Source: Pseudomonadota bacterium
Lineage (GTDB): Bacteria; Pseudomonadota; Gammaproteobacteria; Xanthomonadales; Xanthomonadaceae
Length of the DNA stretch: 32,693 nucleotides
Direction: 5' to 3'
Assembly (NCBI GenBank): GCA_025355485.1
Contig: JANXZP010000087.1
Span: 1-32,693, forward strand
Below, in pieces: positions 1 through 9,700 of the stretch. Each line of letters begins with the position of its first letter. The first letter of the stretch is position 1. A program made the position numbers and the translations under genes. The notes beneath the pieces are model-generated. The model was not told the DNA's origin and searched no databases. It was given only the letters and a program-made list of their open reading frames with translations.

Positions 1-1479
1 CTCACGGGCAATGCCGATGGTGATGGCTCGGGCACGGTGACCCAGGGGGATGTGCTGACCTACACGGTGACGGCGACCAACAGCGGCAACGTGGTGTTGA
101 GCAATGTGGTGGTGAGCGACAACCTGATCACGCCGAACTCCAAGACCTGCGCAAGCGTGGCGGTGGGCGGAACGTGCGTGCTGGTGGGTACCTACACAGT
201 GACCGCGGCCGATGTGACAGCCGGCTCGGTGACCAACAACGCCAGCGTGACCAGCACCCAGGTGCCGGGTCCGACCGCAGCGACGCCGGTGGTGACGCCG
301 GTGGTGGGCATAGCCGATGTGTACACACTGATATCGATTGCACCGCTCGGGTATGTGGGAGAGCCGATCGCGGGTAATGTGCTCTTTGGCAACCATGGGC
401 CTGATGCTGCTGCGAATGTGGTCTACACCATGCAGTTGCCCGTGGGCTTGGTCGGAGTTGTGTTCGACCAACCAATTACCCCAGCGCCGGTTGCTGCGAT
501 TAATCGAGCGGGACTTGCGATTCCAGTCGGCATGACGTTCACCTACAACCCGGTTACGGGTGTAGTGAACTTCAGTGGCCTTCCGGGCACATTGCCCGCT
601 GGCGCCAGCTTGGGCATGGCGTATCGCTTCACAACTCCGAACCTGAGCCGTTTCCAGGTTTCGAGCCTGATTTCAACGACGACTACGGAGTCGTCGAGCG
701 TCAACAATGCCGAGGCGGCCAGCGCCATCATCCTGCAAGCCGTGCGAGCGGTGACGATCCAGAAGCAGGCTAATGCCGATAACGTCACAGTGGGTCAGTT
801 CGTCCGTTACACGATCGTGGTGCACAACATCGGCAACCTGCCGGCCAATGGCCTGGAACTTGTAGACAGCCCGGCGTCGGGGCTGGAAATCGTGCCGGGG
901 AGCCTGACGGTTGATGACGCCGACCATGCAGGCGTATTGATTCCGGGTAACCCGGTACGTATCACCGGCATCGATGTCGCGGTCGGTGGTACTGCGACCG
1001 TGAGCTATCTGATGCGGGTCGGTGCTGGAATCAGCAGCGGCGAATTGATCAATACCGCGCAGGCATTCATCAACGGAGCTCCGGTCAGCACAGTCGCCAG
1101 TGCCCGTGTCCACACGGGCTCCGATCCGGTGTTCGACCAGTCGCGCATCCTCGGCAAGGTTTTCGAAGACCGCAACGGTAACGGATGGCAGGATCCGGGC
1201 GAGCGCGGAATCCCGGGCGTGCGCCTGGTAACGGTGGAGGGGTTGGTGTCCGAAACGGACGCCGAGGGCCGCTACCACTTCGAAGGTCTCAATCTGTCCA
1301 ACAACGAACGCGGACAAAATTTCATCGTCAAGGTGGATCCAGCGACCTTGCCGAAGGGCAGCGTTTTCACCACTGAAAATCCGCTGATCCGACGCGTGAC
1401 GCCGGCCTTGCCCGTACGGTTCGATTTCGGTGTCAAGTTTCCGACGCCGACGAACGCCGACGATGGAGCGAAACAGTGA
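1..1479 (+). CDS. DUF11-repeat (Ig-like) surface/adhesin-like protein with C-terminal SdrD-B-like domain, 5'-truncated by the window edge
   Basis: Frame is open from base 1 (LTGNADGDGSGTVTQGDVLTYTVTATNSGN). DUF11-type modules: GDVLTYTVTATNSGNVVLSNVVVSD, GNHGPDAAANVVYTMQLP, VGQFVRYTIVVHNIGNLPANGLELVD. C-terminal GKVFEDRNGNGWQDPGERGIPGVRL...TDAEGRYHF is typical of SdrD-B-like domains. Confidence 0.85.
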   Translation, partial: LTGNADGDGSGTVTQGDVLTYTVTATNSGNVVLSNVVVSDNLITPNSKTCASVAVGGTCVLVGTYTVTAADVTAGSVTNNASVTSTQVPGPTAATPVVTPVVGIADVYTLISIAPLGYVGEPIAGNVLFGNHGPDAAANVVYTMQLPVGLVGVVFDQPITPAPVAAINRAGLAIPVGMTFTYNPVTGVVNFSGLPGTLPAGASLGMAYRFTTPNLSRFQVSSLISTTTTESSSVNNAEAASAIILQAVRAVTIQKQANADNVTVGQFVRYTIVVHNIGNLPANGLELVDSPASGLEIVPGSLTVDDADHAGVLIPGNPVRITGIDVAVGGTATVSYLMRVGAGISSGELINTAQAFINGAPVSTVASARVHTGSDPVFDQSRILGKVFEDRNGNGWQDPGERGIPGVRLVTVEGLVSETDAEGRYHFEGLNLSNNERGQNFIVKVDPATLPKGSVFTTENPLIRRVTPALPVRFDFGVKFPTPTNADDGAKQ

Positions 1480-4400
1480 ACGCGTTTCGCGCAACCGTGA
1501 AAACACGGATGAAGATCCTGGATGCCACGTTGATGGCATTGCTTGGCTCAATGAGCCTTGCCGGGCCGGTACTGGCCGCCGAGGCATCCGGACTGCCATG
1601 CGATGGAGGCACATGCCCTGTCGATGTCGCCCAGACTCAAAAAGCGATGCCGCAAGGCCGGGTCGTCCAGATTAAGCCGACCGGAACATCGCAGGCGACC
1701 GTGCCCGGAAGTCTGCAGGTGCGTCTGGATAACGGCGGACTCATTTGGGCGACCGAGGATCCGCAGCTGACATCACCGAGCCTGACGGTGTCGGCCAATT
1801 CGTTGGCGGCCGTCGAAGGAGGTCGAATCGTGCGCCCGGTGCAATTCGCCAGCGCGAGCAATTACACGGCTTTCATGTCGAGGATCGAGGTGCGCATTTA
1901 TCGCGCTACAGACGTCGACCGCGTCAAGCTGCTCGCCACTGTGCCCCTTCCATTGGCCAATATCGGGCACGCCGAATGGGATGGCGCTACAGGCACGGCC
2001 CAGCAATTCCGTGAAGGCGATGATCTGGTTTTCATCGTGCATGCGGAAGACGCAGCGGGCGATGTCGATGAAACACTGCCGCAAGTCTTGCATCTGGTCC
2101 GCTCGGAAGAACTCGCTCGCCAACAGCAGCAAATCGTGAATTCCGCAGGAGTAGCGCTGAAGGGATTGCCCGATCAGGAAATCCTGGATCGCCAGTTGCT
2201 GGCAAGCAGCCTGATCGGCAATGGCTTGCGCCAGCAGAACATTCCTGTGTACGGATCCCGCGTGCGGATCCGTGGTCAGAACCTGCCGGGCAACGCAAAC
2301 TTCAAGATCAACGGCGAAGCCTATCCGGTGGATCTCGAGCGCAACGTCGCTGCCGAGTTCCTGCTGCCGATCGGCCACCACCACTTCGATCTGGACATCG
2401 TCGAAGCAGGCAAGACCACGAGCCGTCCGTTGGATATCGATGTCTCCGGGAAATATTTCTTCATGGTCGGCCTGGCCGACCTCACGTTGTCGAAAAATGC
2501 GGTCGGTGGTGCCGTGGTGCCGGTGAACCAAGGCGACCGATACGACGAATTTCTGTCCGAAGGCCGACTGGCTTTCTACTTGAAGGGGAAAGTGCAGGGT
2601 AAATACCTGATCACTGCCCAGGCCGACACGCACGAACAGGAAGTACGTGGCTTGTTCAATGGTTTTCTGGATGCGGATGCGCGCGACGTGTTCTGGCGTC
2701 TGGATCCTGACCAGTACTATCCGGTTTATGGCGACGCGTCGACCACGTATCGCGATGTCGACACCCAGGGCCGGCTGTATGTGCGCGTGGATTGGGACAA
2801 GAGCCAGTTGCTCTGGGGTAATTTCCAGACTGGCCTGACCGGTAACGAGTATGCGCAATACATTCGCAGCCTTTACGGTGCGGCGTTGAACTGGCGCAGC
2901 CGTACGGCCACAGTGATTGGCGATCCGAAGCAAGAGGTGCGTGCCTTCGCATCCCAGGCACAAACGGCACTCGGCCATAGCGAATTTCTCGGTACCGGCG
3001 GCAGCCTGTACTACCTGCGTCACACCGATTTGCTGCGCGGTTCCGAGCACGTTGTGGTTGAAGTGCGCGATCGCATCAGTGGTCGCGTCGAGACTACGGT
3101 CGATCTTGCTCGTGGCGCCGACTTCGAGATCGACGAATTGCAGGGACGACTGCTGCTGACGCGACCATTGAGCCAGATCGTTCGCGACAACGTTCCAAGC
3201 ATCATCCGAGACACTCCCCTGGATGGTTTCGAGAACCATCTGCTGGTGGATTACGAATACATCCCCGCTGGCCTGACCACGGGTCAGCTGACTGCCGGGT
3301 TCCGCGGCAAGACATGGCTGGGCGACCACGTCGCGATCGGAGGTACCTACGTCGATGAGAATCGGTCGGGCGACGATTACAGGCTCAGGGGCCTTGATCT
3401 GACTCTTCAGGCTGGCCGCGGCACCTATCTCAAGCTCGAACAGGCGCATAGCGAGGCCACCAACGCTCCGGTTTTCTATTCCGACAACGGTGGACTGAGT
3501 TTCACCCAGCTCAATGCGTCTTCGGGTGCCCGGCGTGATGGCGATGCCCGCAGCGCCGAGGCGCGGATCAATTTCCACGAACTGGGCTGGACCAGCAATG
3601 ATTGGGCCGCTGGCGCCTGGTGGCGCAACGTGGATTCCGGCTTCTCGGTCGCGCGCGCCGATCAGGGCCAGACAATTCGCGAATCAGGTGTTGAGTTCGC
3701 TGGCCAGGTCAATGACAACTTGCGCCTGAGTGGCCGATACAGCGATGCGATGCGAGGACACGACGGGCTGGAGCAGGCGCTGATATTGCTGGAATGGCGC
3801 CCCACCGCGCAGGCAACCTTGAGTGGCGAACTGCGGCGTGTCACCGAAACCATCAATGGGGTGGCGGCCACCGGTTCACTTGCAGCGCTGCGCTATGACC
3901 GACGCTTTGGTTCCTCGCTGGATGTCTACGGTATCGGCCAGGCGACTCTGAGTGATGATCACGGCCGCTACAACGACAACAATGCGGTGACGTTGGGCGC
4001 ACGTTACCTGTTCGGCGGCCTGTCCAACGCGGGAGCCGAGGTAACCAGAGGCAACCGTGGTGACGCGGTGACAGCGAATGCGGAATATTTCCTCAACCCG
4101 CAACATTCCTTCTACGCCGGTTACACCTATTCCAGCGATCCCACCGCAGGCGATGCCTTGTTTGGTACCGGCAAGCCGACAGGCCTGACCTTCGGTCAGC
4201 GTTGGCGAATCTCCAGCCAGGTCAACCTGTTCAACGAAAGCCAGTTCCTCAAGGCGCGCGACTCCAGCGGCGTTGCCCACACACTCGGCATGGATTTTTA
4301 TCCCGGACAGGGCTGGAACCTTGGATTCAACTTGCAGGATGGCAAGCTGGATGCAACCACAGGTGCGGTCGATCGCCATGCGCTGAGCCTGAGCGGCGGC

Positions 4401-5093
4401 CACACATCGCCGGCACTGCAATGGAACAGCAAGCTCGAGTGGCGCCGCGACAGCGGGGCCGAGGATCGCGAGCAGTGGGTCTCTACGAACCGCTTCATGT
4501 ACAAGGTCAACAACGACTGGCAGGTCGCCGGGCGGTTGAACTACAGCAATACCCAGGACCGTAACAGCCCGCAGGCTGACGCACGCTTCATCGAGAGCAA
4601 CATCGGCTTTGCCTACCGGCCGGCGGCGAATGATCGTTGGAACGTGCTTGGCAAGTACACCTATCTTTACGATCTGGGCGCGCTCGGCCAGGACTCGCTG
4701 ACTGATTACGACCAGCGTTCGCAGATCCTCTCGATCGAAGGCATCTATCGCTCTAGTCATCGTTGGGAGTTGGCCGGCAAACTGGCACAGCGTGTCGGTT
4801 CAGCCCGCTTGAGCCGAAATACCGGGCCGTGGTTCGACAACACGGCCGAATTGGCGGTGGTGCAGGTTCGTTACGATCTGGCGTGGAAGTGGGACGCAAT
4901 GGCGGAATATCGCTGGTTGAATACGCGCGAGAGCCAAAGTACGCGTCGGGGTTGGCTGGTCGGGGTGGATCGTCATGTGGGCGATAACTTCAGGATCGGC
5001 CTCGGCTACAACTTCACCCAGTTCAGCGATGACCTTGCCGTGCTCGACTACAACCACAAGGGTTGGTTCCTTAATGCAACTGGATCCTACTGA
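1476..5093 (+). CDS. Large outer-membrane protein (probable C-terminal beta-barrel) of the type found downstream of DUF11 genes
   Basis: 1205-aa ORF. GTG start overlaps the upstream TGA (GTGA); alternative ATG at 1509 gives the signal peptide MKILDATLMALLGSMSLAGPVLA. C-terminal half has many alternating aromatic/hydrophobic strands and ends in GWFLNATGSY (beta-signal-like terminal aromatic residue). Confidence 0.8.
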   Translation: MNAFRATVKTRMKILDATLMALLGSMSLAGPVLAAEASGLPCDGGTCPVDVAQTQKAMPQGRVVQIKPTGTSQATVPGSLQVRLDNGGLIWATEDPQLTSPSLTVSANSLAAVEGGRIVRPVQFASASNYTAFMSRIEVRIYRATDVDRVKLLATVPLPLANIGHAEWDGATGTAQQFREGDDLVFIVHAEDAAGDVDETLPQVLHLVRSEELARQQQQIVNSAGVALKGLPDQEILDRQLLASSLIGNGLRQQNIPVYGSRVRIRGQNLPGNANFKINGEAYPVDLERNVAAEFLLPIGHHHFDLDIVEAGKTTSRPLDIDVSGKYFFMVGLADLTLSKNAVGGAVVPVNQGDRYDEFLSEGRLAFYLKGKVQGKYLITAQADTHEQEVRGLFNGFLDADARDVFWRLDPDQYYPVYGDASTTYRDVDTQGRLYVRVDWDKSQLLWGNFQTGLTGNEYAQYIRSLYGAALNWRSRTATVIGDPKQEVRAFASQAQTALGHSEFLGTGGSLYYLRHTDLLRGSEHVVVEVRDRISGRVETTVDLARGADFEIDELQGRLLLTRPLSQIVRDNVPSIIRDTPLDGFENHLLVDYEYIPAGLTTGQLTAGFRGKTWLGDHVAIGGTYVDENRSGDDYRLRGLDLTLQAGRGTYLKLEQAHSEATNAPVFYSDNGGLSFTQLNASSGARRDGDARSAEARINFHELGWTSNDWAAGAWWRNVDSGFSVARADQGQTIRESGVEFAGQVNDNLRLSGRYSDAMRGHDGLEQALILLEWRPTAQATLSGELRRVTETINGVAATGSLAALRYDRRFGSSLDVYGIGQATLSDDHGRYNDNNAVTLGARYLFGGLSNAGAEVTRGNRGDAVTANAEYFLNPQHSFYAGYTYSSDPTAGDALFGTGKPTGLTFGQRWRISSQVNLFNESQFLKARDSSGVAHTLGMDFYPGQGWNLGFNLQDGKLDATTGAVDRHALSLSGGHTSPALQWNSKLEWRRDSGAEDREQWVSTNRFMYKVNNDWQVAGRLNYSNTQDRNSPQADARFIESNIGFAYRPAANDRWNVLGKYTYLYDLGALGQDSLTDYDQRSQILSIEGIYRSSHRWELAGKLAQRVGSARLSRNTGPWFDNTAELAVVQVRYDLAWKWDAMAEYRWLNTRESQSTRRGWLVGVDRHVGDNFRIGLGYNFTQFSDDLAVLDYNHKGWFLNATGSY

Positions 5094-5113
5094 TCCCGCA
5101 CGTAATTAAGAAG

Positions 5114-5154
5114 GCGGTCTGTTCGCACCACAGGCCGCATCGTTTGCATTTTTT
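5114..5154 (+). terminator. Possible intrinsic terminator after the beta-barrel gene
   Basis: Stem gcggtctgt (5114-5122) / acaggccgc (5130-5138) with one G-U pair, followed by a T-rich tract that is not immediately adjacent. Confidence 0.4.
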
Positions 5155-5257
5155 CGATGCGAAAAGCGGAGCGCGGTTGGCCGCGAGCTGAGACATCCCT
5201 GGTGGTATAGATAGCCAGGGCATATCGAAGCGTCAGAGGATCACCCTGCTACGCGTG

Positions 5258-5453
5258 AAATTTCCCTGCAACTTACTAGTTCAATTCCCTGCACCGAACG
5301 TCTTTCTCAAGGCCGGAATACTGCGTCAGAACTCACTTACGAGAGAGGATTGCACTTCTGAATCAGCGGAATGCTTGAGAATTCCGTGCAAATTTCCCTG
5401 TTGCAGGGAATTTGAGCTTGAGGGGAGTTAGGTTCTGACTGGATCCACCACCA
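5258..5453. repeat. Cluster of AATT(T)CCCTG(CA) direct and inverted repeats followed by a tRNA-3'-like GGATCCACCACCA
   Basis: Copies at 5259-5270, 5283-5293, 5380-5390 (1 mismatch) and 5391-5400, with an inverted copy tgcagggaatt at 5402-5412. ggatccaccacca lies at 5441-5453. Confidence 0.6.
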
Positions 5454-5703
5454 ACCAATCCAGGCAATGGCGATTCACCGACGATGTCGAGTCGCCATAT
5501 ATAGCGCACGAAATCGCAGCGACGACGCATCGAATCAGCGGCAATGAAGATTGTCTGGCTATGCTCAATGTCGAACGACGCGACATTCGTGACGGTCAGG
5601 TGCCGATTGCGCCGTGTGCGCCGGCTCTTGCCGACAGCGGATGTCCAGCGATGCCGCAGGCGCATTTGCCCGCAAATGGCCGGCACTTCGAGTCGAAGCG
5701 GCC

Positions 5704-6069
5704 TCAGCTTAGAAAGGCCGCTTTTGCCAAGAGACCGAATCCGATCACGGCCACAGTGGCATGACCTATTACGATGGTCGTCGGTAACAGTCGCTGCTTC
5801 CACTGATAACCGAGAATCAGAAAGGCCCCGCCTGCCGCAGCAAACACCAGCAGCACGATCGCAAGCTGCGCCGACGCTGGCACGCCCACGGTAAGGGCGG
5901 CAAAAATGGCCAACGTCAGACCGGACGCGGCCAGCAGCCCGTGCACCATGGCCATCCAGGCAGGCGGATTAATGTTGGCGAAAAATCGGATGCCGGCCAT
6001 CAGCAAGCCACCGCCGGCAGCTATTGCGAAGATCACCACCGCTGCCTGCAGCATCGTCATGTGATCCAT
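5704..6069 (-). CDS. Small hypothetical membrane protein (about 4 TM helices, His-Gly motifs)
   Basis: Hydrophobic 121-aa ORF from ATG 6069 (MDHMTMLQAAVVIFAIAAGGGLLM...VHGLLAASGL...IGHATVAVIGF). GGAGAAGG lies upstream. Confidence 0.75.
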   Translation of the reverse strand: MDHMTMLQAAVVIFAIAAGGGLLMAGIRFFANINPPAWMAMVHGLLAASGLTLAIFAALTVGVPASAQLAIVLLVFAAAGGAFLILGYQWKQRLLPTTIVIGHATVAVIGFGLLAKAAFLS

Positions 6070-6227
6070 ACGCCTTCTCCAGTCTTGCAGCAAGGTTCTG
6101 CGCAATCAAAGCGATTTCATATACTGATTGAGGTCGAAGGCTTCCGGCTTGCTGAACCCAGCGATTTTCCCGAGTCGTTCACCGCGATCATGGCGTGCGG
6201 CATCTGCATTTTGACGCGCTTGCGCAA

Positions 6228-6464
6228 TCACACCCGGTGCCTGACTTCATTGCGGAAAGCCTCCAGCACAGCATTCATCCCTACTGCATAGCGTCCGCCC
6301 GTCCAGTCGAAATCACGGAACATGTGGAGGCCTTTGTGGCTCGGTTCTGAATCGCTCTCCGCCACGTCGTTATCACGCGCCAGATATCCGCCTTCCGATG
6401 TGAAGGCATCCTCCGCAGCTGCGTAGCGACGGGTGTCCTCTCTGTTGCGAAATTGCATGACCAT
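6228..6464 (-). CDS. Small hypothetical protein (78 aa) with an F-T-S-E-G-G motif
   Basis: GAGG RBS-like sequence upstream and normal amino-acid composition. Preceded by a well-spaced predicted promoter (6510-6552). Confidence 0.6.
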   Translation of the reverse strand: MVMQFRNREDTRRYAAAEDAFTSEGGYLARDNDVAESDSEPSHKGLHMFRDFDWTGGRYAVGMNAVLEAFRNEVRHRV

Positions 6465-6509
6465 GAGAAACCTCTGGAGAGCCTGGCTGCGGAAATGGAT
6501 GGCAATTCA

Positions 6510-6552
6510 AGTGTAGGCACGGAGCAGGGCGTAGTCGGTGCGCTGGCCCACA
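6510..6552 (-). promoter_or_regulatory. Putative class II Crp/Fnr-type promoter: box TGTGGG-CCAG-CGCACC (6552-6537) and -10 TACACT (6515-6510)
   Basis: Box centre 6544.5 is 29.5 bp from the first T of the -10 hexamer, i.e. at -41.5. Same geometry as 23078-23120. Confidence 0.6.
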
Positions 6553-6772
6553 CGGGAGCAGGTCGAAATGCGTGGGCAGCATGCCCATGCGAAATGAATC
6601 GAGCGCCTCGCAATAGCGGATTGCATGAGAAGGAGTCGAGCCGCATTGCGGCCGAGGTGCCTGCCATTCGGGGAATGCCCCGGCATTTGCCCATGACAGC
6701 CGCAGTACATCCACGACATGACACCATCGCCTTGATGGAAGGAACCATTCCAACACGAATGGATGCTGGCAA

Positions 6773-9700
6773 ATGATGGCTGGCCGCGAGGCGATCCTCG
6801 AATCATGGCTACGCCTGCGCAGCGTGTTGCGCGGCAGCCGTCCGACGCGCGAGGACGCGGCGCACGAATTGCCGCTGCGCTCGGAATTGTTCAGCGCCGA
6901 CCAGATGGAGCGCCACGGCCGCGCGTTGGCGCGTTCGCACAAGATCGGCAAAGGCCGCGCGGTCGACCTGCTGCTCGCGCGGCTGTCGTCGAACGAGCAA
7001 TTGCTGGCGCGGGCCTGCGACCTGCTGACCGAGGCGGTGTCGGCGAGCCGACGACTCACGCCTGCTGGCGAATGGCTGCTCGACAACTATTACCTGATCG
7101 AAGAACAAATCCGCACCGCCAAGCGGCACCTGCCGAAAAATTACAGTCGCGAGTTGCCGCGACTCAGCGACGGACCATCGACGGGTTTCCCGCGCGTCTA
7201 CGACATTGCGCTGGAAGCGATCTCGCACGGCGACGGCCGCGTGGATACGGAAAGCCTCAGCCATTTCGTCGCGTCGTATCAATCGGTCGCGCCGCTCACG
7301 CTCGGCGAGTTGTGGGCGATTCCGATCATGTTGCGGCTCGCGCTGATCGAAAACCTGCGTCGCGTCGGCGCCGGTGTGATCGTGGATCGCATCGACCGCA
7401 ACGTGGCCGACGAATGGGCCGACCGGATGACCGAGGTCGCCGATACCGATCCCAAGAACCTCGTGCTGGTGATCGCCGATATGGCGCGCTCGGAGCCGCC
7501 GCAGGCCAGTTCGTTCGTGGCCGAACTTGCGCGCCGATTGCAGGGACACAGTTCGGCGCTGGCGCTGCCATTGACATGGATCGAGCAATGGTTGGGCGAA
7601 TCGGGGCAGACCATCGAGCAACTGGTGCAGGCCGAGAACCAGCAGCAGGCCGCCGACCAGGTATCGATCAGCAACAGTATCGGCAGCCTGCGTTACCTGT
7701 CGGCGATGGACTGGCGCGAATTCGTCGAGACCATGAGCGTGGTCGAACAGGCGCTGCGCGATGATCCAAATGGTGTTTACGCGCAGATGGATTTCGCGAC
7801 GCGCGACCGCTACCGGCACGTTATCGAAGCCCTCGCAAGGCGTAGCGCGATGTCCGAAGCGCAGGTCGCGCGGCAGGCGGTGTTGCTTGCGTACAGGGGC
7901 ATGGCCGGACAAGGCGAGGATGCGGTCGCCGCGCATGTCGGCCACTATCTGATCGGCGATGGGCTGCCGCAATTGCAGGGCGATATCGCGCTCCGCGCAC
8001 GACTGCGGTTGCGGCCGCACCGTCAGTCAGGACGCGTGCCGTTGTGGACGTTCTTGGCGCCGATCGGATTGCTCACGCTCGTGACCGCCGCCGCGTTGCT
8101 ATGGCAGCTGTATGCGGACGGGTGGCCTGGCTGGCCGTTGTGGCTGTTCGTGCTGCCGTGCATGTTGGCGGCGAGCGACCTCGCGTTGGCGCTGGTGAAC
8201 TGGGCAGCGACCCTGCTGGTCGCGCCGTATCCGTTGCCCCGCATGGATTATTCCGAAGGCCTGCCATCGCATGCGCGAACGCTGGTTGTCGTGCCGACGA
8301 TGCTGGGCAATGCCGTCGGTCTGGAGAATCTGGTCGAGGCGCTGGAAGTGCGATTCCTCGCCAACCGCGGGCCGAACATCCATTTCGCGTTGCTTACCGA
8401 TTTTTTCGACGCTTCGCATCAGACCTTGCCGGACGATGCAGCGGTGCTGCAACTGGCGCAGCAGCGTATCGCCGAGCTCAACAACCAATACGCCGATGCG
8501 GCTGGCGAGGATTGTTTCTTCCTGCTGCATCGCCCGCGCTTGTGGAATGAACGCGAGCGGACCTGGATGGGCCGCGAGCGCAAGCGCGGCAAGCTTGGCG
8601 ATCTCAATGCATTGTTGCGCAAAGGCGATAACTCGGCGTTCGCGCTGATCGAGGGCGACGTGCGCGTTCTCGGCAACGTGCGTTACGTCATCACCCTCGA
8701 CACCGATACCGGCTTGCCACGCGATGTCGCACTGGAATTCGTGGGTACTCTCGCGCATCCGCTCAATCGCGCGCGCTGGGACGAACGCGGCGATCGAATA
8801 ACGGGTGGCTATGGCATCCTGCAACCGCGCGTTGGCACGAGCGTGTCGGGTGCGCAGCGTTCGCGATATGCACGGTGGTTCGGCCAGGAACCGGGCATCG
8901 ATCCCTACACGCGCGCCATATCGGACGTTTACCAGGACTTGTTCGGCGAAGGATCGTTCATCGGCAAGGGCGTGTACGAAGTCGAAGCGTTCGAGCGTGC
9001 GTTGGGCGGTCGCTTTCCCGACAACGCGATCCTCAGCCATGACTTGCTGGAAGGCTGTTATGCGCGCTCTGGCCTGGTGAGCGATGCGCAGTTGTACGAA
9101 GACTATCCGGCGCGGTATGCCGCCGATGTCGCGCGCCGACATCGCTGGATTCGTGGCGACTGGCAACTGCTGCCGTGGTTGCGCTTGCGCGTGCGTCGCG
9201 AGGACGGATCGCGTGAACGCAATCCGCTGTCCGCGCTGTCGCGCTGGAAAGTCTTCGAGAACTTGCGTCGCAGCCTGGTTTCCGCGGCACTGCTGTCGCT
9301 GCTGGTCGCTGGCTGGGTCGCGCTGGACAACGCGTTGTGGTGGACGTTGTTGTTGCTCGCGTTGTTGCTGATCGCGCCACTGGCTACATTGATGTCGGCG
9401 CTGCTGCGCAAGTCCGGCGAGTTGCCGCTGCGCATGCACATCGAAGGCATCGCCGATTCGGCAGGGCGGCATGCCGCGAGGGTGGGGCTGCATCTGGCCT
9501 GCCTGCCCTACGAAGCGTGGTTCGCTACCGATGCGATCGTGCGCACGCTATGGCGGTCGTTCGTCACGCGCCGTCACCTGCTGCAATGGGATCCTTCCAG
9601 CGAAGTCGAACGCACCCAGCGGGTCGATCTGGCCGCGTCGTATCGCACGATGTGGTTTGCGCCTGTGTTCGCCACGACGGTCTCGGTATGGGTCTGGCAT

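Noticed and set aside
1773..3578. Long antisense ORFs (also 8099-9493, 13001-14446, 18147-19769, 20783-22087, 24096-25172, 28656-30500, 30635-32188)
   Set aside because: Shadow frames opposite well-supported genes, as expected in GC-rich DNA. No recognisable motifs.
5380..5453. Intact tRNA or tmRNA gene ending in CCA
   Set aside because: No GTTCGA T-loop consensus or cloverleaf could be folded. At most a degenerate remnant.
6453..6776. 107-aa plus-strand ORF upstream of cgs
   Set aside because: It spans the divergent promoter region, has no clear RBS or motif, and overlaps both neighbours.
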